Shown here: positions 30,172-39,453 of the stretch, in pieces | Numbering within the stretch: the first letter of the stretch is position 1 | How the letters are laid out: the number at the start of each line of letters is the position of its first letter | NCBI GenBank assembly: GCA_964523345.1 | Contig: CAZFYL010000002.1 | Coordinates: 5,373 to 69,372, forward strand | Length of the DNA stretch: 64,000 nucleotides | Origin: an uncultured Methyloceanibacter sp. | Lineage (GTDB): Bacteria; Pseudomonadota; Alphaproteobacteria; Rhizobiales; Methyloligellaceae | Reading direction: 5' to 3' | Program-made: the position numbers and the translations under genes | Notes under the pieces: model-generated | Seen by the model: the letters and a program-made list of their open reading frames with translations, nothing else | Told to the model about the DNA's origin: nothing | The model's database searches: none

Positions 30172-31440
30172 GTGCCAGAAGACCGGAATTTGAGCTGGAA
30201 CTACCGTGTCCTGCTAGGACAGGGCGTATCGACGAACGCCGCGAAGGAACTGACCAGCGTCAAGCTCGTTCTGCCGTTCCTTTATACGTCGGTTGGCGCG
30301 CCGGTCTTTTTTGCAGGTCTTTTGGTGCCGATTGCCACCGGCGCGAAGATCTGTGTGCAGACTTTCGCTGCACCACTTGTTAGCGCGGCGCGATCCAACA
30401 AGAAATTTCTTTCTCTAGCAGCGTTGGCAACGGCCTTAGCGCTTGTTCTCATCAGCATCACCCTCGATCTTGTCACCGTCCCTTGGCTGGTCGCGATCTT
30501 TCTGTTTGTTGCGCTGGTCCTTGGGGCCTCAGCCGGGTTGGGCTCGCTCGCGTTTCAGAATCTTATCGGGCGGACTCTGACCCATGAAACGCGCAGCCGG
30601 CTGCTCTTCACGCAATCGAGCCTCGCCGGCATCTTCGCAATGATCGTTGCTTTTGCCTCCCAGATCGTTCTCAATCCGGGAACGTCTCTGGTCGCGCATC
30701 AGGAGCTGATCTGGCTTGGCATCGGCTTGTTTCTGATCTCGGCTTTGGTGATCACCGCCATCCGCGAGCCTTTAGCCCAAGCGCCGGCGGATAGCCGCCA
30801 ACAGGAGGGCCGTCGCCGCCACGGACTCGACGAACTCGGAGAGAGCTTTCGCATTGCATTGGCGCTGGGCTGGTTCCGCCGGTTTCTGATCGCCCGAACT
30901 CTGTATCTTTCCATCGAATTGGCGATGCCGTTCTTCTCGATCCATGCCGCCTCTTACCACGGCAGCAGCGTGATCGGCCTCAACGCATTTGTCATCGCAT
31001 CGAGTATTGGTTTGGTCGTTGGCGGTTTCTTTTGGCAATGGATCGGCGGCCGCGGGATTCACATGATCCTGGTTTTGGCCGCGTGCATGACCTGCCTCGG
31101 CGGGTTACTGGCGATGGCGATCGAATTGAAACTCGTTTCCCAGGGCATTTTTCTTTACGCCATCGTCTTCGTCTTGGTCAGTCTGGGCGCACAAGGAATT
31201 CAGAATGGCCGAACGCTCTACCTGATCGGGGCGACCACTGATCACGAGCGGCCCTATTGCATTGCCGTAGGGAGTGTGACGATCGGATTGATTGCGATCG
31301 TCTTCGGCGCCCTGCTCGGCGCTCTTGGCGGCTTCAAAGGTGTCGTTTGGCCGATATTCGCGTTGATGGTGCTGAACATCCTGGCTGCTCTGTACACCGT
31401 CAGATTGCACGACTTCCGCCCTAAGAACGTCAGCCCGTGA
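30172..31440 (+). CDS. MFS transporter
   Basis: 422 aa, GTG start, about 12 hydrophobic segments split by a central charged loop (PADSRQQEGRRRHGLDELGE), consistent with a major-facilitator topology. Confidence 0.75.
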   Translation: MPEDRNLSWNYRVLLGQGVSTNAAKELTSVKLVLPFLYTSVGAPVFFAGLLVPIATGAKICVQTFAAPLVSAARSNKKFLSLAALATALALVLISITLDLVTVPWLVAIFLFVALVLGASAGLGSLAFQNLIGRTLTHETRSRLLFTQSSLAGIFAMIVAFASQIVLNPGTSLVAHQELIWLGIGLFLISALVITAIREPLAQAPADSRQQEGRRRHGLDELGESFRIALALGWFRRFLIARTLYLSIELAMPFFSIHAASYHGSSVIGLNAFVIASSIGLVVGGFFWQWIGGRGIHMILVLAACMTCLGGLLAMAIELKLVSQGIFLYAIVFVLVSLGAQGIQNGRTLYLIGATTDHERPYCIAVGSVTIGLIAIVFGALLGALGGFKGVVWPIFALMVLNILAALYTVRLHDFRPKNVSP

Positions 31441-31563
31441 TAATTGAGCAATGATTTCAGTGACTTTCAGGCGTTCTGCGAGAGTCGTCGGGGTGTCTAA
31501 AAACCGCGCGTCAACCCTTCGTTAATGATATCGCGGTGCTAATGGGCTTAAGCGGAGAGGCCC

Positions 31564-32694
31564 ATGGACACGCTAGGCGAAGGCCGACTTCCACAATCGT
31601 TAGGGCTCGGCGAAAGCCGCGTTCCTCACTCATCATTGTTGTCGATTGCGGCCGGTTTCGTGATTGTAAGCGGCAGCCTTTACCTGCTGACCGCATCCTG
31701 GGGACCCCAACACGCGTTTGAGGCCGAACCGTCGGCGCCCTCACCGGTAATGAGCGCGGCCGAGACCGAGACTGAGACCTTGTTGGACGTCACCTTGACG
31801 GCGCGCGAGGCAGAACCGGATGGTGACGATGAGACCATCGCCGCCGAAACACCGCTGGCGTCTCAGAAGCCGGACCCGACAGCTTCCTTCGGCGTCGTGC
31901 CCATCGCTGAGGCCGAGCCTGTAGAAGCCGAAACGATCATTTCCAAATCGACGGTAGCACGTGACGGCATCGTGACGCCGGAGGATGTCCCTGACATCCC
32001 GGCGCTCCCGGAAACTGCCGCCGCCGAGAGCGCCGATCTCGAAACACCTGTCGCCGCCGAGACGACCGCGCCCGCGACGGATCAGATCGGTCACCTGATC
32101 GCGGAATCCCCGACGAGACTGGTCTCAACCCAAACGATCCGCGAGGATACCGGCGACATCCCCGATCGCCCCGTGGAGGTCTCAGCCGAGCCGGCCGATG
32201 AGGCCGCAAGCCCCGAGACCACCGCCGCTGTCACCCCGCGTGCACCAACGCCCAAGCGAGAGTCGCGGGCCGCGCAACAGACCGCCCGCTCCACTCCTGT
32301 ATCCAGGCCGGCGGAACGGAAACAAAAGCAAGCGCGACCGGCCGGGCCCCAGCAAGAACAGGCTCGCAATGGTCTTGGCTTCAGGCTGCCGATGGGACTG
32401 GCGCCGGCCAAGCCCGTAACGGCGCCGGCGTCAACGCCACGGCTGAGCGGCGCGGCCTATTCGCGCCAGGTCTGGGCGGCTCTCGCACGGAGCAAACCAA
32501 GGGCTGGACAGAAAGGAAGCGCGACCGTGGTGTTCAGCATTGGCGCCAGTGGCTCGGTCGGCAGCGTACGGATCGCGCGATCGAGCGGCAATTCGAGGAT
32601 CGATCAGCTGGCGCTCTCTACCGTACGCCGCGCGGCGTTTCCGGCTCCGCCCTCAGGCGGAACCTCGTTCTCAATCCGCATCGATTTCCAATAG
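31564..32694 (+). CDS. TonB family protein (energy transducer C-terminal domain)
   Basis: 376 aa. N-terminal TM anchor, long Pro/Glu/Ala/Thr-rich spacer, C-terminal TonB_C-like module (YSRQVWAALARSK...ATVVFSIGASGSVGSVRIARSSGNSRIDQLALSTVRRAAFPAPP). No exbBD adjacent. Confidence 0.72.
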   Translation: MDTLGEGRLPQSLGLGESRVPHSSLLSIAAGFVIVSGSLYLLTASWGPQHAFEAEPSAPSPVMSAAETETETLLDVTLTAREAEPDGDDETIAAETPLASQKPDPTASFGVVPIAEAEPVEAETIISKSTVARDGIVTPEDVPDIPALPETAAAESADLETPVAAETTAPATDQIGHLIAESPTRLVSTQTIREDTGDIPDRPVEVSAEPADEAASPETTAAVTPRAPTPKRESRAAQQTARSTPVSRPAERKQKQARPAGPQQEQARNGLGFRLPMGLAPAKPVTAPASTPRLSGAAYSRQVWAALARSKPRAGQKGSATVVFSIGASGSVGSVRIARSSGNSRIDQLALSTVRRAAFPAPPSGGTSFSIRIDFQ

Positions 32695-32738
32695 GCCAGG
32701 CGCCCCTATGGCCCGCGTGACTGGAGGCGCAGGCCGCG

Positions 32739-33329
32739 TCACGCCCGCGCGGGCCCGCCCACCAGCCAAGATTTGGCCTGGCCCTGCGGCGCGCCGTCGT
32801 TTTCGTTGCTTTGACGACCGTCGTTTTGCTTCCGCAGACCGCTAATGGGCTGCGAGCTGCCCCAGCCTTGAGGCCGCACAAGATCAGGTGGAAGCAGCGT
32901 CAAGGCATCGCCAAAGGCCTGGTCGATCTGGCCCTGCGTGAGGTTGCGCGCGTCTTTGAGGCTTGCGCCTGCGAGGTTGGTTCCGATGAGCCTTGCCTCG
33001 GCGAAATCGGCGCGCTCGAGCTGTGCGTTGCAAAGATCCGCTCCGCTCAAATTGACGCCGTCAAGCCGCGCATCGCTGAGATCGGCATCCGACAGGTCGG
33101 CCATTTCGAGATTTGCGCCCGAAAGCGTGGCAAAGCGCAAGGACGCGTGCCTCAGCTGGGCGAATGAGAAGTTAATTGGCCCCCCGCTGATTGGCCCCAT
33201 CTGGCGCTCGGCTGGGCTCAGCACGATTCCATTGAGATTTGGCGTGACGGAAGGATTTTGAGTTCGCCACTCATTCCATGACCGCGGGCCATGGCGCAAT
33301 GTCTCGATATGCTTTGAGGCGACTGACAA
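32739..33329 (-). CDS. Pentapeptide repeat-containing protein
   Basis: 196 aa. Consecutive A(D/N)Lxx repeats: ASLRFATLSGANLEMADLSDADLSDARLDGVNLSGADLCNAQLERADFAEARLIGTNLAGASL. Confidence 0.8.
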   Translation of the reverse strand: MSVASKHIETLRHGPRSWNEWRTQNPSVTPNLNGIVLSPAERQMGPISGGPINFSFAQLRHASLRFATLSGANLEMADLSDADLSDARLDGVNLSGADLCNAQLERADFAEARLIGTNLAGASLKDARNLTQGQIDQAFGDALTLLPPDLVRPQGWGSSQPISGLRKQNDGRQSNENDGAPQGQAKSWLVGGPARA

Positions 33330-33535
33330 GGTTACGCACGCAACACTAAGATTCGACTCGTACCAATCTGGCTATCGATGATGAGCGGCACGAATGGGAG
33401 CCTAATGCAAACGGTGCCTCGCCTGCAAGCAGAGTTGCAGGCAGGTCCACACTCACCGGGCGGGCTGTGGATGGGCCGTCACAAAAGATGCATGGCCCGC
33501 AGGCGAGGACTGAGGGACACGGCACGGGACATAGC

Positions 33536-33559
33536 AAAAGAGCCGCCCACGGGCGGCTC
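33536..33559 (-). terminator. Rho-independent terminator downstream of the DUF995 gene
   Basis: Minus strand reads GAGCCGCC-CGUG-GGCGGCUC followed by UUUUGC (plus-strand AAAA at 33536-39). Located 46 nt after the stop at 33605. Confidence 0.7.
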
Positions 33560-33604
33560 TCTCAACACTCTGGACGCGGCTCCCCTGTCAGGGGGCAGTC
33601 CGGA

Positions 33605-33991
33605 TCAGCCGATTCGCGCCGTGCCGGAGCGGCCGTCGCTCCGGACCCAATAGACCGTCGCGCCTTCGCGGCTCAGTCGATAACAATAGGATTTGCCGTT
33701 CATCCAGCTTGACCATTGCTGGCAAAGCTTGTCGTCGGCGACCCACCATTTGCCACGGTCTTGGGCACCGTCGCCCCGGGCAAAACTCGCGGCAACCGCG
33801 CTCATCCTTCCCGACATGCGCCCATTGGCAGAGTAGTTTATCGGCAGCTCAAAACCTGAGATCTTGAGGAAAACTGTTTTGCCGCTGATCGCCTGCCGCA
33901 ACGCGTCGCCTGAAAGCGTCACGGGTTTGGCAAGAGACGCCGTCGCCGACAGCGCCAGGCTCATGGCCAGAACGAAAGTACCGATCCTCAT
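33605..33991 (-). CDS. DUF995 domain-containing exported protein
   Basis: Start re-assigned to the ATG at 33991 (MRIGTFVLAMSLALSATASLA, a signal peptide). GKTVFL..., GKWWVADDKLCQQW...SYCYRL resembles the DUF995 pattern. Confidence 0.55.
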   Translation of the reverse strand: MRIGTFVLAMSLALSATASLAKPVTLSGDALRQAISGKTVFLKISGFELPINYSANGRMSGRMSAVAASFARGDGAQDRGKWWVADDKLCQQWSSWMNGKSYCYRLSREGATVYWVRSDGRSGTARIG

Positions 33992-34100
33992 CGCTTCCCT
34001 TTGTCTTAGAACTGTCAAGGAAGCGAAATACCCCGGTTAAAATGGTTAAAATGGGGCCGCTCTGGGCAAATAGCGTGACAAGGTTAAGGCGTTCTCGAAC

Positions 34101-34856
34101 CTAGCCTTTTGGCCGGCGTTTTGTGCCGGCTCGTTGGGCCACGCGCCGGCGGTTACGCGAAGCGATGACATTGATCACCTCGACCCCGGCGGCAAACGCC
34201 ATGGCAAAATAGATGTAGCCGCGCGGGATGTGGAAATGCATGCCGTCGGCGATGAGCGCCGCCCCGATCAGGAGCAGGAAGGACAGCGCCAGCATCTTGG
34301 TGGTGGGATGGCGCTCGATAAATTGAGCGACCGGACCGGAAGCGAAATACATGACCAGGATGGCAACGGTCACGGCGGCAATCATCACCCCGAGATGGTC
34401 GGCCATGCCGACCGCGGTAATGATGGAATCGATGGAGAAGACGAGGTCGATAATCGCGATCTGAACGATTCCCGCGGTCATGGCGTCGGCGACGGGGCTT
34501 GGGGGCCCCTCCTCCCCGTCTTCACCCTCGATATCGTGGTGCATCTCGCGCGTGCCCTTGACCAGGAGAAAGAGCCCCCCCGCGATGAGAATGAGATCGC
34601 GCCAAGAGAACGCGTAGCTGCCTATGGTGAAGATCGGCGTGGTCAGGTGGATGACCCAGGCGATTCCGGCAAGCATGACGACGCGAAAGATGAGCGCAAG
34701 CGACAATCCGATCTGCCGCGCCGTGCGCCTTTGCTGTGGCGGCAAACGCGACACCAACAGCGAGATGAACACGACATTATCGATGCCGAGCACGATCTCC
34801 ATCGCGCTTAAGGCGACGAAGCTTGCCCAGATATGCGGATCGGTCAGCCAGTCCAT
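34101..34856 (-). CDS. TerC family membrane protein
   Basis: 251 aa. EIVLGIDNVVFISLLV and LVFSIDSIITAVGMA are TerC DN motifs. About 7 TM segments. Confidence 0.85.
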   Translation of the reverse strand: MDWLTDPHIWASFVALSAMEIVLGIDNVVFISLLVSRLPPQQRRTARQIGLSLALIFRVVMLAGIAWVIHLTTPIFTIGSYAFSWRDLILIAGGLFLLVKGTREMHHDIEGEDGEEGPPSPVADAMTAGIVQIAIIDLVFSIDSIITAVGMADHLGVMIAAVTVAILVMYFASGPVAQFIERHPTTKMLALSFLLLIGAALIADGMHFHIPRGYIYFAMAFAAGVEVINVIASRNRRRVAQRAGTKRRPKG

Positions 34857-34944
34857 GACGATACTAAGATGAGAATTCTTCCGGAGGTGTTGATGCTGGA
34901 ATCACTAACTTAGCCGGAAACTGCGGTGTGAGGTCAACTGGGGA

Positions 34945-35667
34945 TCATGGCGCGCGGTTATTTTCGGCAAGGGTACGGAGAAGCCCGATGCAGGCCAAAT
35001 AGATCGCGGTCGAGATCAGAATCACCTGGATCCAGAGCGGCGAAGGAAATGGGTTGGCAACGGCGACGGCGGCGGCAACCGCCCAAAGCGCGGTCACTGC
35101 ACAGGTCAGCGGCCGAAGCCTAACGACTCGAAACGGATGGACGGCAGGAAACGGCACGAAGGTAAGCAACACGAACATGGCGACGATGGCCAATGAGACG
35201 GAAGGCGCCGGCTCGAGCGCAAAGAGATAGAGCAGGACGATGTTCCAGATGGCAGGAAACCCGACGAAGTAGCCGTCTTCCGTCTTGCTGTTCAGGGTTG
35301 CGACATGGAACAGACCGGACAACAAAATGAGAGCGGCGGCGGGTAATCGACCCGCCTCCGGCAACAGCGTGGCCTCGGTCAGCGCAACCGCCGGGACCAC
35401 CACGTAGGTCAGATAGTCGACAATCAGATCGAGCCTCTCGCCGCTGAAGCGCGGGAATAGAGCCTCGATCTTGAGGGCGCGCGCCAAGGGGCCGTCGACG
35501 GCGTCGACGACCAGCGCGGCCCCGAGCCACACGAACATCATTTGCCAATCGCCGCGATGGGCCGCGCCGAGCGCAAGCAGTGCGAGCACGGCGCCGCTTG
35601 CCGTTAAAAGATGCACCGACGCGGCGCCCAGACGCGCGATCATGCGTCTTGGACCGGGCGTAGCCAC
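34945..35667 (-). CDS. pcs: Phosphatidylcholine synthase
   Basis: 240 aa. SVHLLTASGAVLALLAL..., CDP-alcohol phosphatidyltransferase motif DAVDGPLAR...SGERLDLIVDYLTYVVVP, closely resembling rhizobial Pcs. Confidence 0.85.
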   Translation of the reverse strand: MATPGPRRMIARLGAASVHLLTASGAVLALLALGAAHRGDWQMMFVWLGAALVVDAVDGPLARALKIEALFPRFSGERLDLIVDYLTYVVVPAVALTEATLLPEAGRLPAAALILLSGLFHVATLNSKTEDGYFVGFPAIWNIVLLYLFALEPAPSVSLAIVAMFVLLTFVPFPAVHPFRVVRLRPLTCAVTALWAVAAAVAVANPFPSPLWIQVILISTAIYLACIGLLRTLAENNRAP

Positions 35668-35709
35668 ACGCCTTTGGAATGAACGGGCACGGCGTAGAAA
35701 GGATTTTGC

Positions 35710-36051
35710 TTAGAAACGGCGCTTGACCTTGCCGAGGACGCTGACGCCGTCGTCATTCTCCTCGAGCCCGGACGGACCTTGCAGCTCCAATTGCTGCTGG
35801 TCTTGGCCATAGAGAACGTCGAAGCCGAGGTCGAGCTTAGGCAGGACCGTGTAACCTAAAACGTTCAGTCCACCCTCATCAGGCGCCGGAGCGGTCGCGC
35901 CGCCGCCGGGCGTTCCCAGCTGTAACGTATCGGGTTGCAGCTCGGCCGTCGGAATGTCCGGAGGCGGCACGGGGATTTCCTGAAACGCGAAAGCCGGCGC
36001 ACCGCTCAGCGACAACGCTATCAATCCAACAAAGACGGCAGACTTACGCAT
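35710..36051 (-). CDS. Hypothetical small exported protein
   Basis: Start re-assigned to the ATG at 36051 (MRKSAVFVGLIALSLSGAPAFA, a signal peptide; AGGA upstream). 113 aa. No family recognised. Confidence 0.5.
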   Translation of the reverse strand: MRKSAVFVGLIALSLSGAPAFAFQEIPVPPPDIPTAELQPDTLQLGTPGGGATAPAPDEGGLNVLGYTVLPKLDLGFDVLYGQDQQQLELQGPSGLEENDDGVSVLGKVKRRF

Positions 36052-36142
36052 GGCAAAGGATCCTGCGCCATAAATGGTTTCAGGGCCTTTACAATGCAAG
36101 TCCGGGGGTGAATTCCCGGTTAAGATCTTGTCCCCGCTTGAG

Positions 36143-36172
36143 AAAAAACCGCCGCCCCAAAGGGGGCGGCGG
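36143..36172 (-). terminator. Strong Rho-independent terminator after the porin gene
   Basis: Minus strand reads CCGCCGCCCC-CUUU-GGGGCGGCGG followed by UUUUUUC. Located 37 nt after the stop at 36209. Confidence 0.85.
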
Positions 36173-36208
36173 TCTGGTAGGTAGCGGAGGGGACTGTCTA
36201 ATTCCGCC

Positions 36209-37741
36209 TTACCAGTCGACCTGCCAGCGCATGCCAAAGCCCCAAGGATCGGCGCCGTCGTTCTTGTTGTAGTTGGAAGCGTCGTTGCCGCCAGTGATCT
36301 TCGAGGTGTTCACATTGAGCTTGAGGGCGGTGTAGTCGGTCATCAACCAGTTCAGGGCGAAAAGCCAGGTTTCCTGGTCACCGCACTCATTACAGCCGTA
36401 GGAGGCGGCCATCTCCGCGCCTTTGTCGCTGAGATTGACCACGTCGTAGCGGACGGCAAGCTGCCAAGCGCCCCATCCGCCGCTGCCGTTGAAGACGGGG
36501 TTCTTGACCTTGGTGCGCCCGAATTCGCCCGTGTCGGCCTCGTAGTTCCGCGACTCGCCGGTGATGTACCAGCTCGCGTCGATATAATATCCATCATATG
36601 TGGGACTTACCGGCGTGACAGAGGCCGCTGGGGTCGGAGGGTCGAAGAAATTGACGCCGTTAGCCTCAAGCTGGGCATACTCGCCTTGCACCGAGAACGG
36701 TCCCCACACGGCAACTGCCGAGAGAGTCCACATGTCGTCTTCATCGGAAAACTGGGGCGTATCGACGAGGCGATCGGCGAGATGGAAATCGACGGCCTTG
36801 GCTCTGTACTGATAGAGCGCGGTCTCTTCGAGCTCCCCATTGTCGTCGAAACATTGATCGCTGCCACATTCTCTCAAGCTGCCCGCGTCACGATGACGAT
36901 AGCTCGCGCCAAACGCCAGGACTTGATTGACGCCGTTGACGTCGCGGTTGATGGGCGCAACCGTGCCGCGCACCACCCAGGTCGTCTTGTCGGTATCGAA
37001 CTCTTCCTGCCCCGGCACACCGTTACCGGAACCCGCCGACGCACGATAATACCCTGTCTGGAACGACCAATGCTCGTCACCCAACAGTAAGGCCGCACCG
37101 ATCTGACGATCGGCGTCGCCTGAGGGTATGAACGCGTCGATGAAAGCGGCGCGCTCCATGAACGTGATGTAGCGCGAGCTGGTGATCTCTTCGAGCGACG
37201 CATAAACGTATTGATTGCCGCCTCTGAACTCGGCCGTTTCGAGCGACGGGATCAGATGCGCCCAAGCGAGATAGGCGTCCTTGACCGCCACGTCACCGCC
37301 AGCAAAGTCGACCTCGAACTTATACTTCCAGTCGTAATACAGCACGCCTTCGACGCCCAAGCGTGCCCGGCGCAGCTCGACCGCATCGATGTCGCCTTCT
37401 CCGGTAACGGGAAAGTCCTGGTCGATGGCCTCGTAGTCGGTCATGACGCGGCCGCGGACCTTGAAGCTGAATTTCTTGCCGTCACCGCTGGTAATTTGCG
37501 GAGCACCTTTCCACTTGATTTTCATGTCGAGATCGCCACCGCCGGCATTGGCGGCCGCGGCCTGCGCGGCCGCTGCGGCCGCTTTTGCCTCGTTCACCTG
37601 CTTCTGAAGCTCGATGAGCTGAGCCTGAAGGTCCTCGAGAGTCGCTGCCTTCGCGACCGAAAGCCCGCTGGCAGCCAAAATGCCGATAGCGCCTGCCCCC
37701 GCAAGCAGATACCGGCCCAAATTGTTCAGTCCCCCGTACAT
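36209..37741 (-). CDS. Outer-membrane porin, phosphate-selective porin O/P (OprO/OprP)-like
   Basis: 510 aa. Signal peptide, N-terminal coiled-coil (TLEDLQAQLIELQKQVNEAKAAAAAAQ), then alternating beta-strand sequence ending in an aromatic residue (RWQVDW). Family assignment is by architecture only. Confidence 0.65.
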   Translation of the reverse strand: MYGGLNNLGRYLLAGAGAIGILAASGLSVAKAATLEDLQAQLIELQKQVNEAKAAAAAAQAAAANAGGGDLDMKIKWKGAPQITSGDGKKFSFKVRGRVMTDYEAIDQDFPVTGEGDIDAVELRRARLGVEGVLYYDWKYKFEVDFAGGDVAVKDAYLAWAHLIPSLETAEFRGGNQYVYASLEEITSSRYITFMERAAFIDAFIPSGDADRQIGAALLLGDEHWSFQTGYYRASAGSGNGVPGQEEFDTDKTTWVVRGTVAPINRDVNGVNQVLAFGASYRHRDAGSLRECGSDQCFDDNGELEETALYQYRAKAVDFHLADRLVDTPQFSDEDDMWTLSAVAVWGPFSVQGEYAQLEANGVNFFDPPTPAASVTPVSPTYDGYYIDASWYITGESRNYEADTGEFGRTKVKNPVFNGSGGWGAWQLAVRYDVVNLSDKGAEMAASYGCNECGDQETWLFALNWLMTDYTALKLNVNTSKITGGNDASNYNKNDGADPWGFGMRWQVDW

Positions 37742-38134
37742 ATCCGTCTCCTGTTCTGCCTAACCTGTTCCGACATTGAGGAAATTTTCTTTCCCCGGTT
37801 GTTAGACGCACCTGTGATGCACCCGTTGCGTCCAGGTGCTTATGTTGGAATCCCCCCTACAGGACCCGCTGTACCCTTCTATTTCCTGTCCAATGACGCG
37901 CTTGTGACAGTCTAACGACACCCTGCATTTTGGCCGCGCACTGTTGCCCATGTGCAACGCAGAGGGTGTCCGGCTCCGAGCCTTGGGATCCAAGCGTGCT
38001 CAAAGATTTTCCTCGCTCCCGACTCAATGGGCGGCCATAGTCCATTGATCGAGATCGGCTTTCGCTTCCTTGGCCGTTCCTTTCGGGGCGTGCTGAATCA
38101 CGCGACGCGACAATAAATTCAACGAAAGCAGCTC

Positions 38135-39364
38135 ATGACGGACCGGGCTGAGCATATTTACGGCGTCGCCGTGGTTGGCACCGGGGCTTCGGGTTTGGCC
38201 GCGGCGCTCGCGCTCGCGCATGTCGGGGCCGACGTGGTCGCAATCGGTCCGCCGCCCTCGCCCGCCCGCGAAGGCAGGCTCGAGACCAGGACCGCAGCGC
38301 TGCTTGCAAGCTCCGTCGATCTTTTGCGGACGCTCGGCGTATGGGACCGGCTCGAAGGCGAGGCCGCGCCGCTTGAGGCCATCCGTATTGTTGACGCTTC
38401 GGCCAGCCCGCTGCGCGCTCCCGACATCGAATTCAAGGCGAGCGAGGTCGGGCTTGACAGTTTCGGCTACAACATCGCCAACACCGTTCTCGTCGAAAGC
38501 TTGTACGCGCGCGCGCAAGAGATCTTGCCGGCGGTGATTCCGGCAACTGTGTCCGGTATCGCGATCGAAGGGGACAAGACGGCTTTGACGCTCAGCCAGG
38601 GCATGCCGATTCGTGCCCGCCTGGTGGCTGGGGCCGATGGCAGACAATCGATTTGCCGCACCAGCGCCGGAATCGGCATGACCGAACGGCACTACGATCA
38701 ATCGGCCATTGCCACGGCGTTTCGCCACAGCCTGCCCCACCGAAACGTTTCGACCGAGTTGCACCGCGAGCATGGGTCGATCACGACCGTTCCCCTCCCC
38801 GACGCTCACGCGTCAAGCTTGATTTGGATCGGGTCCCCTGCCGAAGTCACGCAGCTCATGCAACGCGACGACGCCGGCTTCATCGACGCGCTCAGCAACC
38901 GTCTTGGCGAGTGTCTCGGCGTGGTCTCCAATCTTGGCGCGCGTGCCGAGTTTCCGGTGGCAGGGCTTTCGGCTGACCGGCTTGCCGCCGGGCGGACGGT
39001 CCTCATCGGCGAGGCGGCACATATCCTTCCCCCCATCGGTGCGCAAGGACTCAATCTCGGCTTTCGCGACGCCGCCGCGCTTGCCGATTGCGTCGCCGCA
39101 GCACTTCGCGGAGGCCGCGATCCGGGGTCGGAAGTCGTTCTTGAGGCTTATGCGGAAGCGCGGCGCCTTGACATCATGAGCCGCACAGTCGGGGTCGATT
39201 TGTTGAACCGCTCGCTGCTGACTTCGCTGGCCCCTTTGCAAGCGGCGCGCGGCGTCGTGTTACACGGCCTGAATGCGTTTCCACCTCTGCGCCGCGCCGT
39301 CATGCGGGTTGGACTTGCCCCGCCGACGGAGCTGCCGAGTTTGATGCGTCCAAGCTCAGGCTGA
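38135..39364 (+). CDS. UbiH/UbiF/VisC/COQ6 family FAD-dependent ubiquinone biosynthesis hydroxylase
   Basis: 409 aa. N-terminal Rossmann GxGxxG (VAVVGTGASGLAAALAL), LVAGADGRQS, LIGEAAHILPPIGAQGLNLGFRDA. Confidence 0.85.
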   Translation: MTDRAEHIYGVAVVGTGASGLAAALALAHVGADVVAIGPPPSPAREGRLETRTAALLASSVDLLRTLGVWDRLEGEAAPLEAIRIVDASASPLRAPDIEFKASEVGLDSFGYNIANTVLVESLYARAQEILPAVIPATVSGIAIEGDKTALTLSQGMPIRARLVAGADGRQSICRTSAGIGMTERHYDQSAIATAFRHSLPHRNVSTELHREHGSITTVPLPDAHASSLIWIGSPAEVTQLMQRDDAGFIDALSNRLGECLGVVSNLGARAEFPVAGLSADRLAAGRTVLIGEAAHILPPIGAQGLNLGFRDAAALADCVAAALRGGRDPGSEVVLEAYAEARRLDIMSRTVGVDLLNRSLLTSLAPLQAARGVVLHGLNAFPPLRRAVMRVGLAPPTELPSLMRPSSG

Positions 39365-39453
39365 TAGCGGCCCAGGCTCTTGACGCTCTATCTTGCATTT
39401 GCCACGAGAACCCTCAAATTCGCGTCCCCTGTTCGACAATAAGGAATAACGAC

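Noticed and set aside
33421-33440. Inverted repeat CCTGCAA-N6-TTGCAGG in the pentapeptide-gene upstream region
   Set aside because: It is short, AT/GC-mixed and lacks a flanking T-run or a known operator consensus. That is not enough evidence to call a regulatory site.
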